Notes under the pieces: model-generated
Seen by the model: the letters and a program-made list of their open reading frames with translations, nothing else
Databases searched by the model: none
What the model was told of the DNA's origin: nothing
Shown here: piece by piece, positions 21,082 through 30,563 of the stretch
Layout of the letters: every line of letters begins with the position of its first letter
How positions within the stretch are numbered: position 1 is the first letter of the stretch
IMG/VR virus record: IMGVR_UViG_3300013094_000017
Coordinates: 186,001-250,000 of that record
Reading direction: 5' to 3' (one strand)
DNA: 64,000 nucleotides
Made by a program: the position numbers and the translations under genes

Positions 21082-22528
21082 TTGTAAAATAGTAATTAAA
21101 GACGAAGTGAATATTAAGATTGAAAATCTCGATCTTGATACTCGCAAGGCCTTGGTTAGAAAATTCAAGTACGAAGATCCAACTGCACGCTATCGTCCTA
21201 GCTATAAATTAGGCAGATGGGATGGTGCGGTTAGTTTCTTTGGCCTAGGTGGTACAACATATCTGTATATGCTACCACAGGTACTTGAGGAACTTGAGAA
21301 ACGAAATTACTATATCGAAGTAGAAGATCTGCGCACTAGTCCGTTACTTGAATTTGATCTAGTAGATGAAGAATATTGGGGTGATTTATGCTGGCCCGAA
21401 GGACACAGATTTGCTGGTGAACCTATTAGACTGCGTGACGATCAGGTTGAAGTTGTAAACAAATTCTTGGAAAATCCGCAGTGTATCCAAGAAATCGCAA
21501 CGGGCTTTGGTAAGACAATTACTACTGCTACACTTGCTAAGATATGCGAAAAGTATGGACGTACTATTACTATTGTTCCAAACAAAAGTTTAGTTGAGCA
21601 AACAGAAGAAGACTTTATTAACTGTAGATTAGATGTAGGAGTGTACTATGGAGATCGTAAAGATTTAAACAAGACACATACTATCTGTACTTGGCAAAGT
21701 TTAAACATACTTGATAAGAAAAATCAAGATGATAACGAACTATTAAGTATTGCAGAATTCCTAGAAGGGGTTAGTACAGTAATGGTCGATGAAGTACATA
21801 TGGCCAAAGCAGAAGTCCTAAAGAAATTGTTAACACACAATATTTCTCATGCACCAATACGTTGGGGCCTGACTGGTACTGTGCCTAAAGCAGAAATTGA
21901 TCAACTAAACATCAAGGTGTCATTGGGCGAAGTTGTACACGAAGTCAAAGCTCACGAGTTACAAGAGAAGGGCGTGCTAAGTAATTGTCACGTTAACATC
22001 GTTCAAACCGCAGAATGGAAAGAGTTTGGAGGGTACGCTGAGGAACTAAAATACCTCGTAACTAATAAAGAGCGAATGGATTTTGTTACTAGATTAGTAC
22101 AGTCAATAGGTGATACAGGTAATACATTAGTTCTGGTTGACAGAATTGAAACAGGACGTATAATAACAGATGCTATCGAAGATTCAGTCTTCATCAGCGG
22201 CAACGTGAAAACTACTAAGAGAAAAGAAGAATATAATGAAGTGGCAATTAATGATAACAAGATTATTGTGGCGACTTACGGTGTGGCCGCTGTGGGTATT
22301 AATATCCCTCGTATTTTTAATATGGTTCTTTTGGAGCCCGGAAAGAGCTTTGTTCGAGTTATCCAAAGTATTGGACGAGGCATTAGAAAAGCCGACGACA
22401 AAGACTTCGTTCAAATATGGGACATCACTGCTAGCACAAAATACGCTAAACGACATTTAACAGAAAGAAAACGGTTCTATAAAGAAGCAAAGTATCCGTT
22501 TACAATTGACAAGGTAAAGTACCAATAA
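21074..22528 (+). CDS. uvsW: SF2 helicase UvsW
   Basis: TGFGKT, DEVH, GLTGT, QSIGRGIR; TTG start. Confidence 0.92.
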   Translation: MASCKIVIKDEVNIKIENLDLDTRKALVRKFKYEDPTARYRPSYKLGRWDGAVSFFGLGGTTYLYMLPQVLEELEKRNYYIEVEDLRTSPLLEFDLVDEEYWGDLCWPEGHRFAGEPIRLRDDQVEVVNKFLENPQCIQEIATGFGKTITTATLAKICEKYGRTITIVPNKSLVEQTEEDFINCRLDVGVYYGDRKDLNKTHTICTWQSLNILDKKNQDDNELLSIAEFLEGVSTVMVDEVHMAKAEVLKKLLTHNISHAPIRWGLTGTVPKAEIDQLNIKVSLGEVVHEVKAHELQEKGVLSNCHVNIVQTAEWKEFGGYAEELKYLVTNKERMDFVTRLVQSIGDTGNTLVLVDRIETGRIITDAIEDSVFISGNVKTTKRKEEYNEVAINDNKIIVATYGVAAVGINIPRIFNMVLLEPGKSFVRVIQSIGRGIRKADDKDFVQIWDITASTKYAKRHLTERKRFYKEAKYPFTIDKVKYQ

Positions 22529-23245
22529 TTAAGTGGCTCGTTTAGAATCCCAATATGCTTTCCGTGCTGCTGACATTCGTTGTTTAGTTTCGTTAGACAT
22601 TACTCTGCCTTTCATTTTATTAGACATGTCTTTTTTCTGAGCATCTGTTTTAGCAGGCATAGATTTACCCTTGTTACCTTTTGATATTTTTTGTTTAGTT
22701 TCTTCAGAGTGTTTATACCCTTTTCTTGATTCTAATATTTTATCAACTGTTGATTGGGCAACAACCTTTCCTTTATGTGATTCTGATAATTTTAGTTTTT
22801 GTTTATCGGACATTGATTTGCCTTTATTTGGACTAGGTTTGCCTTTACGGGCTGCTGACATTTTTTGTCGTGTTTCTGCTGAAACGATTTTACCTGCGTG
22901 ACGTATAGACATTGCCTGGGAAAAGTTTAATTTTGCTATTTCGTAGAATTTACCTTTAGATACATGCCTTATTTGATTGGAATTTTCTACCCGTAGTACC
23001 ATCCACGCAGCGTACCACATCTTGTTAATGTGATCTATATCCTCTAACATTTTTGGCAATAGTATGTGAACTAATCGATGTTCTTGTGCTGTGAGAGAAA
23101 CTAAATTATTTTTATTATTCCCTCCACCTAGACATTTTGGAATAATGTGATGAATTTCTTTATATGTTTCTTTTGATAATTCTCTTGATCTTGCTCGATC
23201 AATGATGCTATAATAACACTTAGTATACTTGTTATCTAAATACAT
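22529..23245 (-). mobile_element. Free-standing HNH homing endonuclease with NUMOD3 repeats
   Basis: EIHHIIPKCLGGGNNKNNLVSLTAQEHRLVH; repeated xSxETxxKMS; own TAAATA and RBS. Confidence 0.85.
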
Positions 23246-23295
23246 AGGTAATGTCCTTTTGTAAAATATAGTATACGTATTTACGGAGATTTAAA

Positions 23296-23799
23296 ATTCA
23301 AATCCTAACTTTAGAAAATAAAACGTACTACCTAAATGATCTACCAGATGAAGTAGATGATGATCTCAGATTTAGTGTATTAGATAATAGTGATTCGAAT
23401 AATCCAGATTACTTTTTCATTCCACTGATCTTCTTAGAATCATTTACCGCGCCGGCAGCAGTATTGAAAGTTGGTCCTTACGAAATTACTATGCCATTAG
23501 ATTGGTGTACTATTGTAGGTGATGCAGACGGTCCTGAGATGGAAGTATTACCATTGACCAGTTTAAATGATAGAGGATTCAAAACATTTTGTTTCAATCC
23601 ATTAGAATCATTTCGCCCGGAACTACTAGAGATTGATATCATTAATGTCTATCAAGATGTCAAATGGTATTTTCCAAAGATGAAACCCGGACAATTATTA
23701 TGCACTCCCTTACACAGCGGTGAGAATCCAACGTGTGCTTATTTTGTTAAAGAAGTAAGTCGTCAGAGTGAAATAGTAGATTACACCAAGTGTTGGTAA
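23296..23799 (+). CDS. Conserved hypothetical protein downstream of uvsW; ATT start
   Basis: Frame is open 56 codons upstream of the track's TTG (IQILTLENKTYYLNDLPDEVDDD...); GGAG RBS 7 nt before ATT; in-frame TAG at 23269. Confidence 0.7.
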   Translation: MQILTLENKTYYLNDLPDEVDDDLRFSVLDNSDSNNPDYFFIPLIFLESFTAPAAVLKVGPYEITMPLDWCTIVGDADGPEMEVLPLTSLNDRGFKTFCFNPLESFRPELLEIDIINVYQDVKWYFPKMKPGQLLCTPLHSGENPTCAYFVKEVSRQSEIVDYTKCW

Positions 23800-23800
23800 T

Positions 23801-24019
23801 ATGATATTTAATAATACAACTGGTCACTATAACACAGTAGTCGGAAATCATGCCTTATCTAACAACAACACAGGAAATTATAATGTTGCATTTGGATATC
23901 AGGCAATGGGATATGTTACTCCTGCAGAACCGTTTACTGAATGGTATAAAGCCGCAGTTAAAGAAAAAGGATTAACTCCACATAAGGTAGATGAAGATGG
24001 CAGAACATTTGGATATTAA
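23801..24019 (+). CDS. Small protein with NTTGxxNxxxG repeats
   Basis: NTTGHYNTVVG / NNTGNYNVAFG. Confidence 0.5.
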   Translation: MIFNNTTGHYNTVVGNHALSNNNTGNYNVAFGYQAMGYVTPAEPFTEWYKAAVKEKGLTPHKVDEDGRTFGY

Positions 24020-24458
24020 ACGAGAACTAGCAGGGGTAGATCTTAGGAACTACAATTTCTACGACAACCTAACTGAAGGTGAAAAGAAATCATTTAGTCC
24101 TTATATCCTGATGCGATACGTTAGTAATTCGGACGGGGACAGAGAAATACAAGAATGGTTTATTGAGATGACCAATGAGCTAGTGAATAAAGATCACTGG
24201 AATCTTAGTAAGAATCATAAAGCTCTACTATGGAAACTATTTGCAGGTGTAGGAGTTGGTGCTCATATGCGCCATCAATATCTTAAAGCTGGCGCAAAAG
24301 AAAAAGCAAATAAGATTGAAAAACTACTATGCGAACTCTATCCAGCGATGAAAATGAGTGATATTAAATTGCTTGCTAGTATGATGACCAAAGAAGATAA
24401 ACAAGAGTTATTTGACAAAATGGGCTTTGATAAGAAGCAAAGAAAGGAGTATGAATAA
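23997..24458 (+). CDS. Putative clamp-loader small subunit (gp62-like)
   Basis: KKSFSPYILMRYVS...EMTNELVN pattern; replication cluster. Confidence 0.5.
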   Translation: MAEHLDIKRELAGVDLRNYNFYDNLTEGEKKSFSPYILMRYVSNSDGDREIQEWFIEMTNELVNKDHWNLSKNHKALLWKLFAGVGVGAHMRHQYLKAGAKEKANKIEKLLCELYPAMKMSDIKLLASMMTKEDKQELFDKMGFDKKQRKEYE

Positions 24459-24763
24459 TGGAAAATCCAAATCGTTGGGTTATTGTAGAAATTAAGACAC
24501 CTAAGGAAACTATCCAAAAAGTATTTGCTGGATGGAGTGGTGGATACTTAGATGGTGACAGTTGGAAACTTAATAGCGGTATTGTAGAAGCCAAAGAAGA
24601 TGGCGACTATTGGTTATTCACTGGCCACAGTGGCAATGTATATCGCTGTTTCAAATATGGTTACGGCATGACCAATTATATGGGCAGTATTTACAGCAGT
24701 TGGATTAACCAACTGCCTGAAGACACAACTATGACTATATTAGACAATTATCCTGCAGCCTAA
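24458..24763 (+). CDS. Hypothetical phage protein
   Basis: RWVIVEI...WSGGYLDGDSWKLNSGI; coupled ORF. Confidence 0.65.
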   Translation: MENPNRWVIVEIKTPKETIQKVFAGWSGGYLDGDSWKLNSGIVEAKEDGDYWLFTGHSGNVYRCFKYGYGMTNYMGSIYSSWINQLPEDTTMTILDNYPAA

Positions 24764-25458
24764 TGATTAAACTAGAAGAGCAACCATTCGGATGTGTGCA
24801 TTGTGGCAAGAGTTTTATGAAAGAAAAAACTCTGATTGCTCACATGTGCGAGCAAAAAAGACGAGCTCTTCAAAAAGATGAGAAGCGGGTACTAACAGGT
24901 ATGATTACCTATAACCGATTCTATCAATTGACTCAAAATGCCAAGAAGAACAAGACCTATGAAGAATTCTGTAAGAGTTCTTATTACAATGCGTTTGTTA
25001 AATTTGGCAGCTTTGTTAACAATGTAAATCCATTGTATCCAGATAAGTTTATCGACTTTGTGATCAAAAGCGGAGTTAAACTAGATCACTGGTGTCGTGA
25101 CGAACTGTACGAAACATACTTGTACGAGATGTTGAAAGTAGAACCAGTTGAGGCAGCAGTACAGCGCACACTTACAACCATGATGGAATGGGGTGATATC
25201 AGCCAAGCGCAGTTCAATCATTACTTTAACTATGTTAATCATAATCGAGCAGTTAGTGATATACGCAATGGCAAGATTAGTCCGTGGGTTATGTTAAATT
25301 GTAAGAGTGGCAAAGATATGGTCAGTGGGTTTAATGATGAGCAGTTAGAAATGATAGCACCTGCGTTTGATGTACCATTTTGGTTAAAGAAGTTCAAGAC
25401 AACACCAGCAGACGTTACCCTAGTTAAAGAGATATGCAAGGAAGCAGGCATAGCATGA
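24763..25458 (+). CDS. C2H2 Zn-finger-containing hypothetical protein
   Basis: FGCVHCGKSF....L..HMC at N-terminus. Confidence 0.65.
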   Translation: MIKLEEQPFGCVHCGKSFMKEKTLIAHMCEQKRRALQKDEKRVLTGMITYNRFYQLTQNAKKNKTYEEFCKSSYYNAFVKFGSFVNNVNPLYPDKFIDFVIKSGVKLDHWCRDELYETYLYEMLKVEPVEAAVQRTLTTMMEWGDISQAQFNHYFNYVNHNRAVSDIRNGKISPWVMLNCKSGKDMVSGFNDEQLEMIAPAFDVPFWLKKFKTTPADVTLVKEICKEAGIA

Positions 25459-26051
25459 GAGTACAATGCGACATTGATATAGACTTTGCCAATAGAGAAG
25501 ATATCCTGGCCAAAATACCTCATGTGATTGCCACTCGCAACGACAAGGGTGAAATTAAGAAACACAACACAGGTGTATATCTACAAAAGATTCCTGTAGA
25601 TCCCATGACCAATATGGCCACTATTGATTACGAGACTGCAGAAGCTCGAGGATACTTTAAGATAGATTTCTTAAATGTTAATGTCTATCAGGGTGTTAAG
25701 AACGAAGAGCATATTAACCAATTGATGAGTGTTGAGCCGCTTTGGGATTTACTATATGAAAAAGAAGTATGTGATCAACTATTTCATGTCAACGGATATG
25801 ATAGATTACTAGCAGGACTCAAACCTACAAGTATATTAGAGCTTGCCACAGTGTTGGCACTTATACGTCCAGGTAAGAAACATCTAGTGGTTAAATGTGC
25901 GGCTGAAGGATTTGATAGTATACAAGATGAGGTATGGGCCAAGACTGATGAAGGGTACAGCTTTAAACGTTCTCACGGAGTAGCCTACGCACATGTGATT
26001 GTAATGCAGTTAAATCTTATCTGTGAAAGAGTTAGTTACGGTTTTTCTTAA
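25455..26051 (+). CDS. Miniature DnaE (C-family polymerase) catalytic-core-like protein
   Basis: DIDIDF, KHNTGVY, GYFKIDFL, LALIRPG, FKRSHGVAY motifs in about 198 aa. Confidence 0.75.
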   Translation: MRVQCDIDIDFANREDILAKIPHVIATRNDKGEIKKHNTGVYLQKIPVDPMTNMATIDYETAEARGYFKIDFLNVNVYQGVKNEEHINQLMSVEPLWDLLYEKEVCDQLFHVNGYDRLLAGLKPTSILELATVLALIRPGKKHLVVKCAAEGFDSIQDEVWAKTDEGYSFKRSHGVAYAHVIVMQLNLICERVSYGFS

Positions 26052-26415
26052 CGCTACGAATTAACTGAATTGATTTACGTTTAACTCTTTTCTCAGCTAG
26101 CTCGCTTAAATTAACAATCGGCCCAAATACTATTTCAATATCTTTGCTGTTGAATGTTTTGATGTATTCACGATAAGGAATCATATCCTGCTTTAAGAAT
26201 ATGTTAATTGGAATTTTTCTATTAGACTCCCACCACCATACTTCGCCGGATTCTAAGAATGCTTTCTTTTCTTCTTCAGTTCGTATAATAGCAAAATCGT
26301 ATATGCTAGTTACATTTGAATCGAAGTTGATTAGTATGCCTATGTATTCTAGATCATTTGATCTAACACAGGTCATAAAAGGATAATTGGTTTTGAACTC
26401 GTTTCTAGTTGTCAT
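26032..26415 (-). CDS. Hypothetical protein
   Basis: Start ATG 26415; WWWESNRKIPINIFL. Confidence 0.6.
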   Translation of the reverse strand: MTTRNEFKTNYPFMTCVRSNDLEYIGILINFDSNVTSIYDFAIIRTEEEKKAFLESGEVWWWESNRKIPINIFLKQDMIPYREYIKTFNSKDIEIVFGPIVNLSELAEKRVKRKSIQLIRSVKKNRN

Positions 26416-26435
26416 TGATCGCCATAAATACACAT

Positions 26436-27272
26436 ATGAAATTACCAGTCTATTTATATACCAACCTATTCGAAGTAATACTAGATTTGGACAACAACAA
26501 TAGGATTAACAACGTTATGTATCAACGCGAGCTAAAATTACAAAAAGGACTGAAGAATACAGTACAGCTCCAGTTCAAAAATAGTGACCAAAAACTGTTA
26601 AATATCTCCTCAAATCAATTCGTTTTCACTCTATTTGACACCGTAAATCAACGAAATCTGATCGAAAAGGATGTAGAAATTTTAGACGATGGTACTACCC
26701 TAGCTTTGCGTGGATTAGGTCAAGTTACATTAACGGAAAGTGATTTAGAAGGTTGCGAAAGTGTATATTATAGTGCTGCTATTAAAGCATTAGACAGTGA
26801 CGGAAGTTATGTTCCTACGTATGCTAACACCTATTACGGCGTTGGTGCTACTGTAGAAGTGCGTCACGATATATTTCCTGTGCTACTACCTAGCCAAGAA
26901 GTTAATAACTTCGATGTGTATTTCAACGCAGATCAAAATGCACAGCGGTACGAATACTACAGTGGCAACCTAAACGGGCATCCAGAGTTCAAATCAAACG
27001 TAGCATTGCACACAGTGGCCACATACATGACCAAATATAAAGGACAGGTCATTATCGAAGGTACCTTAGAAAACGATCCAGCTACATTTGGTAATTATGC
27101 TGTTATCAGCACCAAAACATATAATGGCGCTTCGGGTATCGATTACACAAACTTTAACGGATTATTTTCAAAGATACGTATCCGTTACATACCAGCAAAG
27201 AATCCAGTAACACAATTAAACAATGATACCGTATATGCAGGAACGGTTGACAGAGTGCTCTATAGAAGTTAA
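26436..27272 (+). CDS. Hypothetical late (likely structural, beta-rich) protein
   Basis: Late promoter at 26425; ATG 26436. Confidence 0.6.
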   Translation: MKLPVYLYTNLFEVILDLDNNNRINNVMYQRELKLQKGLKNTVQLQFKNSDQKLLNISSNQFVFTLFDTVNQRNLIEKDVEILDDGTTLALRGLGQVTLTESDLEGCESVYYSAAIKALDSDGSYVPTYANTYYGVGATVEVRHDIFPVLLPSQEVNNFDVYFNADQNAQRYEYYSGNLNGHPEFKSNVALHTVATYMTKYKGQVIIEGTLENDPATFGNYAVISTKTYNGASGIDYTNFNGLFSKIRIRYIPAKNPVTQLNNDTVYAGTVDRVLYRS

Positions 27273-27298
27273 AATATTTGTTTTAACTGTGAGTTGAC

Positions 27299-27357
27299 TA
27301 AATAAGAATGTAGTTCGCGGGCGTCGGAACCCCAACTACTTTAACATTATTAAGGAA
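27299..27357 (+). promoter_or_regulatory. Late promoter plus conserved structured leader of homing endonuclease
   Basis: TAAATA, then GTAGTT-CGC-GGG-N8-CCCC-AACTAC hairpin, TAACA, AAGGAA RBS; near-identical copy at 60248-60307. Confidence 0.7.
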
Positions 27358-27364
27358 TGTCAAC

Positions 27365-28123
27365 GTGATTATTTACCCTTCATCAAGAGTATTACCGTAT
27401 GTTTACATCGGAATACATAAAATAACTGGTCATATCTATATCGGATCAAGAACTGCAGAGAATTTAAAATTACCGTCTCATTTAGATTTATTTAGATACC
27501 GAACTTCTTCTAAAACAGTTAGACCCGAGTTTGATCAATATAATTGGACGATTGTAGCAGAGTTTTTCAATGGGAACGACGCATATGATTTCGAACAAGA
27601 ATTAATTTATTGTAATTGGCACAACCTATTACTTATGAACAAAAATTGTCATTACAATAGCAAAAAAAGATTTAAAGCCGTTAAAGGAATACCTAAACCG
27701 GAAGGATTTGGACAAATAGTTCGTGATAGAATGATAGGTAAATGCAAAGGCCCACAATCTAAAGATCATATAGAGAAAAGAGCAAATTCTCGCAGAGGGA
27801 AAACCGCGACCGATGAACAAAAACAAAAATATAGTTTAGCCCAACAAAAGAGGTACAGTACAACAGCAGATTCTGAAATAACTAGAAAAAGAAAAAGCGA
27901 TTCACATAACGGGGTCTATGAAATAAAATCCCCAGATGGTAGAGTTTGGATAACTGATGTTGGATTAAAAGAGTTTGCTACGATACATCAGGATGAATTA
28001 AAGATTTCATATTGGCAGTTGTTCAATGCTTATAGAAAGTGCTATAATAATACTAGCACCATCCGTAAAAGAAAAGATAACAACAATTGGCAGGTAACTA
28101 GAATTGACAAATTTGATAACTGA
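27365..28123 (+). mobile_element. GIY-YIG (Seg-like) homing endonuclease with NUMOD3
   Basis: YVYIGIHKITGHIYIGSR, AYDFEQELI, QSKDHIEKR; overlaps primase start. Confidence 0.8.
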
Positions 28124-29108
28124 TACAGTACTCCTACTCTGGAAAACAGGAAGAAAAACAAAACAGACTTCTAGCGGATGGATTTCCGGAAATGCTCCTT
28201 GTTGTGTACATCGAGGAGAAAAACCAGATCGAAGAGGTCGTGGCGGAATCTTGACTGCAAGTGGAGGGTTCCAGTGGCACTGTTTCAATTGCGGATTTAA
28301 AGCAGGATGGCAACCAGGTAAGCTACTCAGCAAGAACACTAAAGATTTACTCACATGGATGGGTCTACCCGACACCGAGCTCAACAAACTAAACTTAGAA
28401 GCCCTACGTGAAAAAGACGCAATACCCGCACCTACTAAGACATTTTCATTTGAACTACTAGATGTAGCCTTGCCTGAAGAGTGCAAGCCCATACTTGAGT
28501 GGGCTGCCGAGGGGTGTACCGAGTCCGACCTAGCAGATGTTATAGAGTACATACTAAGTAGAGGACTAACACTAGAAGACTATACGTGGCATTGGAGTGC
28601 GGCTGCTGGCTATCGTGATAGGGTCATTATACCCTTCTATGCTGGTAAAGGACAGATAGTAGGCTACACTGGTCGTAAGATTAAAGATGGCAAGCCCAAA
28701 TACCTTACCCATGCTCAAAATGGGTATGTGTTTAATCTAGATGCCCAAACCAACGATAGGAAGTATTGCATAGTAGTAGAAGGTCAATTTGACGCCATAG
28801 CTATAAGCGGTGTTGCTATTATGCATAACGATCCTAACGACATACAGGTAGCACGCATTAACGCATTAGCACGTGAAGTAATAGTGGTACCAGACAGAGA
28901 CAGAGCTGGCGCTAAGATGTTAAATGCCGCAATAGCTAATGGGTGGAGCATGAGTCTACCACCGTGGGGTGATGATGTTAAGGATGTAGCGGACGCAGTG
29001 AAGAAATATGGCAAGGTCTATACCCTAGCCACAATCTTACACTATCGAGAATCAAATAAGATTAAATTAGAGATACAAAAGAAAAAACTAGAGAGCCTAC
29101 ATGACTAA
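28104..29108 (+). CDS. DNA primase (gp61-like; Zn finger plus TOPRIM)
   Basis: NAPCCVH...HCFNCG, VVEGQFDA, VPDRDRAG, DVKDVAD. Confidence 0.85.
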   Translation: MTNLITDTVLLLWKTGRKTKQTSSGWISGNAPCCVHRGEKPDRRGRGGILTASGGFQWHCFNCGFKAGWQPGKLLSKNTKDLLTWMGLPDTELNKLNLEALREKDAIPAPTKTFSFELLDVALPEECKPILEWAAEGCTESDLADVIEYILSRGLTLEDYTWHWSAAAGYRDRVIIPFYAGKGQIVGYTGRKIKDGKPKYLTHAQNGYVFNLDAQTNDRKYCIVVEGQFDAIAISGVAIMHNDPNDIQVARINALAREVIVVPDRDRAGAKMLNAAIANGWSMSLPPWGDDVKDVADAVKKYGKVYTLATILHYRESNKIKLEIQKKKLESLHD

Positions 29109-30555
29109 TACAGATTACAGCTATGATATACAGAAACTATACTTGGAGATGTTCTTAAGCGACGCAGAAACGTTTGTTCGCTGTCAAAGCATCTTTGAGC
29201 CCGAAAACTTTGATCAAAAGTTACGTGAGACAGCCAAGTTTATGACTGAGTATGTAGATCAATACAAAGTTATGCCAGAGGCAAGTATTATCAATGCTAG
29301 CTGTAAGATGACATTAGAACCAGCAGTATTACCTAAACAAAACTACGAGTGGTTACTAACAGAGTTTGAAAACTTTAGTCGTCACAAGGGACTTGAGCGT
29401 GCTATTCTTAAATCAGCTGACCTGCTTGAAAAGGGCGATTACGGTCCTGTAGAAAAGCTAGTTAAGGATGCTATACAGATTAGCCTAACCAAAGACATGG
29501 GCACAGACTACTGGCATGACCCTAGAGCACGCCTAATGAAGCTCAAAGACAATGCAGGACAGGTCAGTACAGGTTGGCCCACTGTAGATCGTAAACTATA
29601 CGGCGGCTTTAAACGCGGCGAATTAAACATTTGGTGTGCAGGTTCAGGGGGTGGTAAGAGTTTATTCCTTGCTAACTTGGGCGTTAACTTTGCACTTGCT
29701 GGACTCAATGTCATTTACTTTACATTCGAGTTGAGCGAAGAACTAGTGGGCATGCGTGTGGACAGTATGGTTACAGGTGTAGCCACACGTGATGTATTCA
29801 AGAGCTTAGATGATGTGGAAATGAAGGTTAAATTGACGGGTCGGAAGGCAGGAGGAATGCAGATAAAATACATGCCTTCTGGGAAGAATTGTAATGATTT
29901 GAGGTCGTATTTGAAGGAATATGAAGTCAAAACAGGCAAAAAACCTGACATATTATTAGTGGACTACTTAGACCTTATGATGCCTCTATCGGTGAAGGTT
30001 AGTCCAAGTGATTTATTTGTTAAAGACAAGTATGTAAGTGAAGAACTACGTAACCTTGCCATGGAAAGTCAAACAGTGGTTGTAACTGCGGCACAGTTGA
30101 ATCGTGCGGCTGTAGAAGAGATTGAGTTTGATCACAGTCATATTAGTGGCGGGTTAAGTAAGATTCAAACAGCAGATAACGTAATTGGTATCTTTACTAG
30201 CCGTGCTATGAAAGAACGCGGTCGCTATCAAATACAGTTTATGAAAACACGTAGTTCAAGCGGTGTTGGACAGAAAGTAGATCTAGAGTTTAATGTAGAC
30301 AGTCTACGCATCAGCGACCTAGGTGAAGAAGAAGGTGAGCAATCCTTTAATCAACAACGTACTGGCACTACAGCTAATATTGTAAATCAGTTTAAAAAGA
30401 CCAGCACAGTAACAGCCAACAACGTAGATACCGAAACAGGTGAGATACGCAGTGCTGATCCAGCAGATGGTGTAGCAGTGGGCAAGGTACGAGGATCAGC
30501 TGGTAGTAGCAAGATTCGCGAGATGCTGGCTAATCTAAACTCAGAAAAAGATTAA
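29101..30555 (+). CDS. Replicative helicase (gp41/DnaB-like)
   Basis: STGWPTVD, AGSGGGKSL, LVDYLDLM, AAQLNR, KTRSS. Confidence 0.92.
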   Translation: MTNTDYSYDIQKLYLEMFLSDAETFVRCQSIFEPENFDQKLRETAKFMTEYVDQYKVMPEASIINASCKMTLEPAVLPKQNYEWLLTEFENFSRHKGLERAILKSADLLEKGDYGPVEKLVKDAIQISLTKDMGTDYWHDPRARLMKLKDNAGQVSTGWPTVDRKLYGGFKRGELNIWCAGSGGGKSLFLANLGVNFALAGLNVIYFTFELSEELVGMRVDSMVTGVATRDVFKSLDDVEMKVKLTGRKAGGMQIKYMPSGKNCNDLRSYLKEYEVKTGKKPDILLVDYLDLMMPLSVKVSPSDLFVKDKYVSEELRNLAMESQTVVVTAAQLNRAAVEEIEFDHSHISGGLSKIQTADNVIGIFTSRAMKERGRYQIQFMKTRSSSGVGQKVDLEFNVDSLRISDLGEEEGEQSFNQQRTGTTANIVNQFKKTSTVTANNVDTETGEIRSADPADGVAVGKVRGSAGSSKIREMLANLNSEKD

Positions 30556-30563
30556 ATAGTCAT

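Noticed and set aside
3469-22460. Short antisense or alternate-frame ORFs in the track overlapping core genes (e.g. 3515-3964, 5305-5577, 13963-14199, 15963-16253)
   Set aside because: They are shadows of well-supported genes, with no RBS or recognisable motifs.
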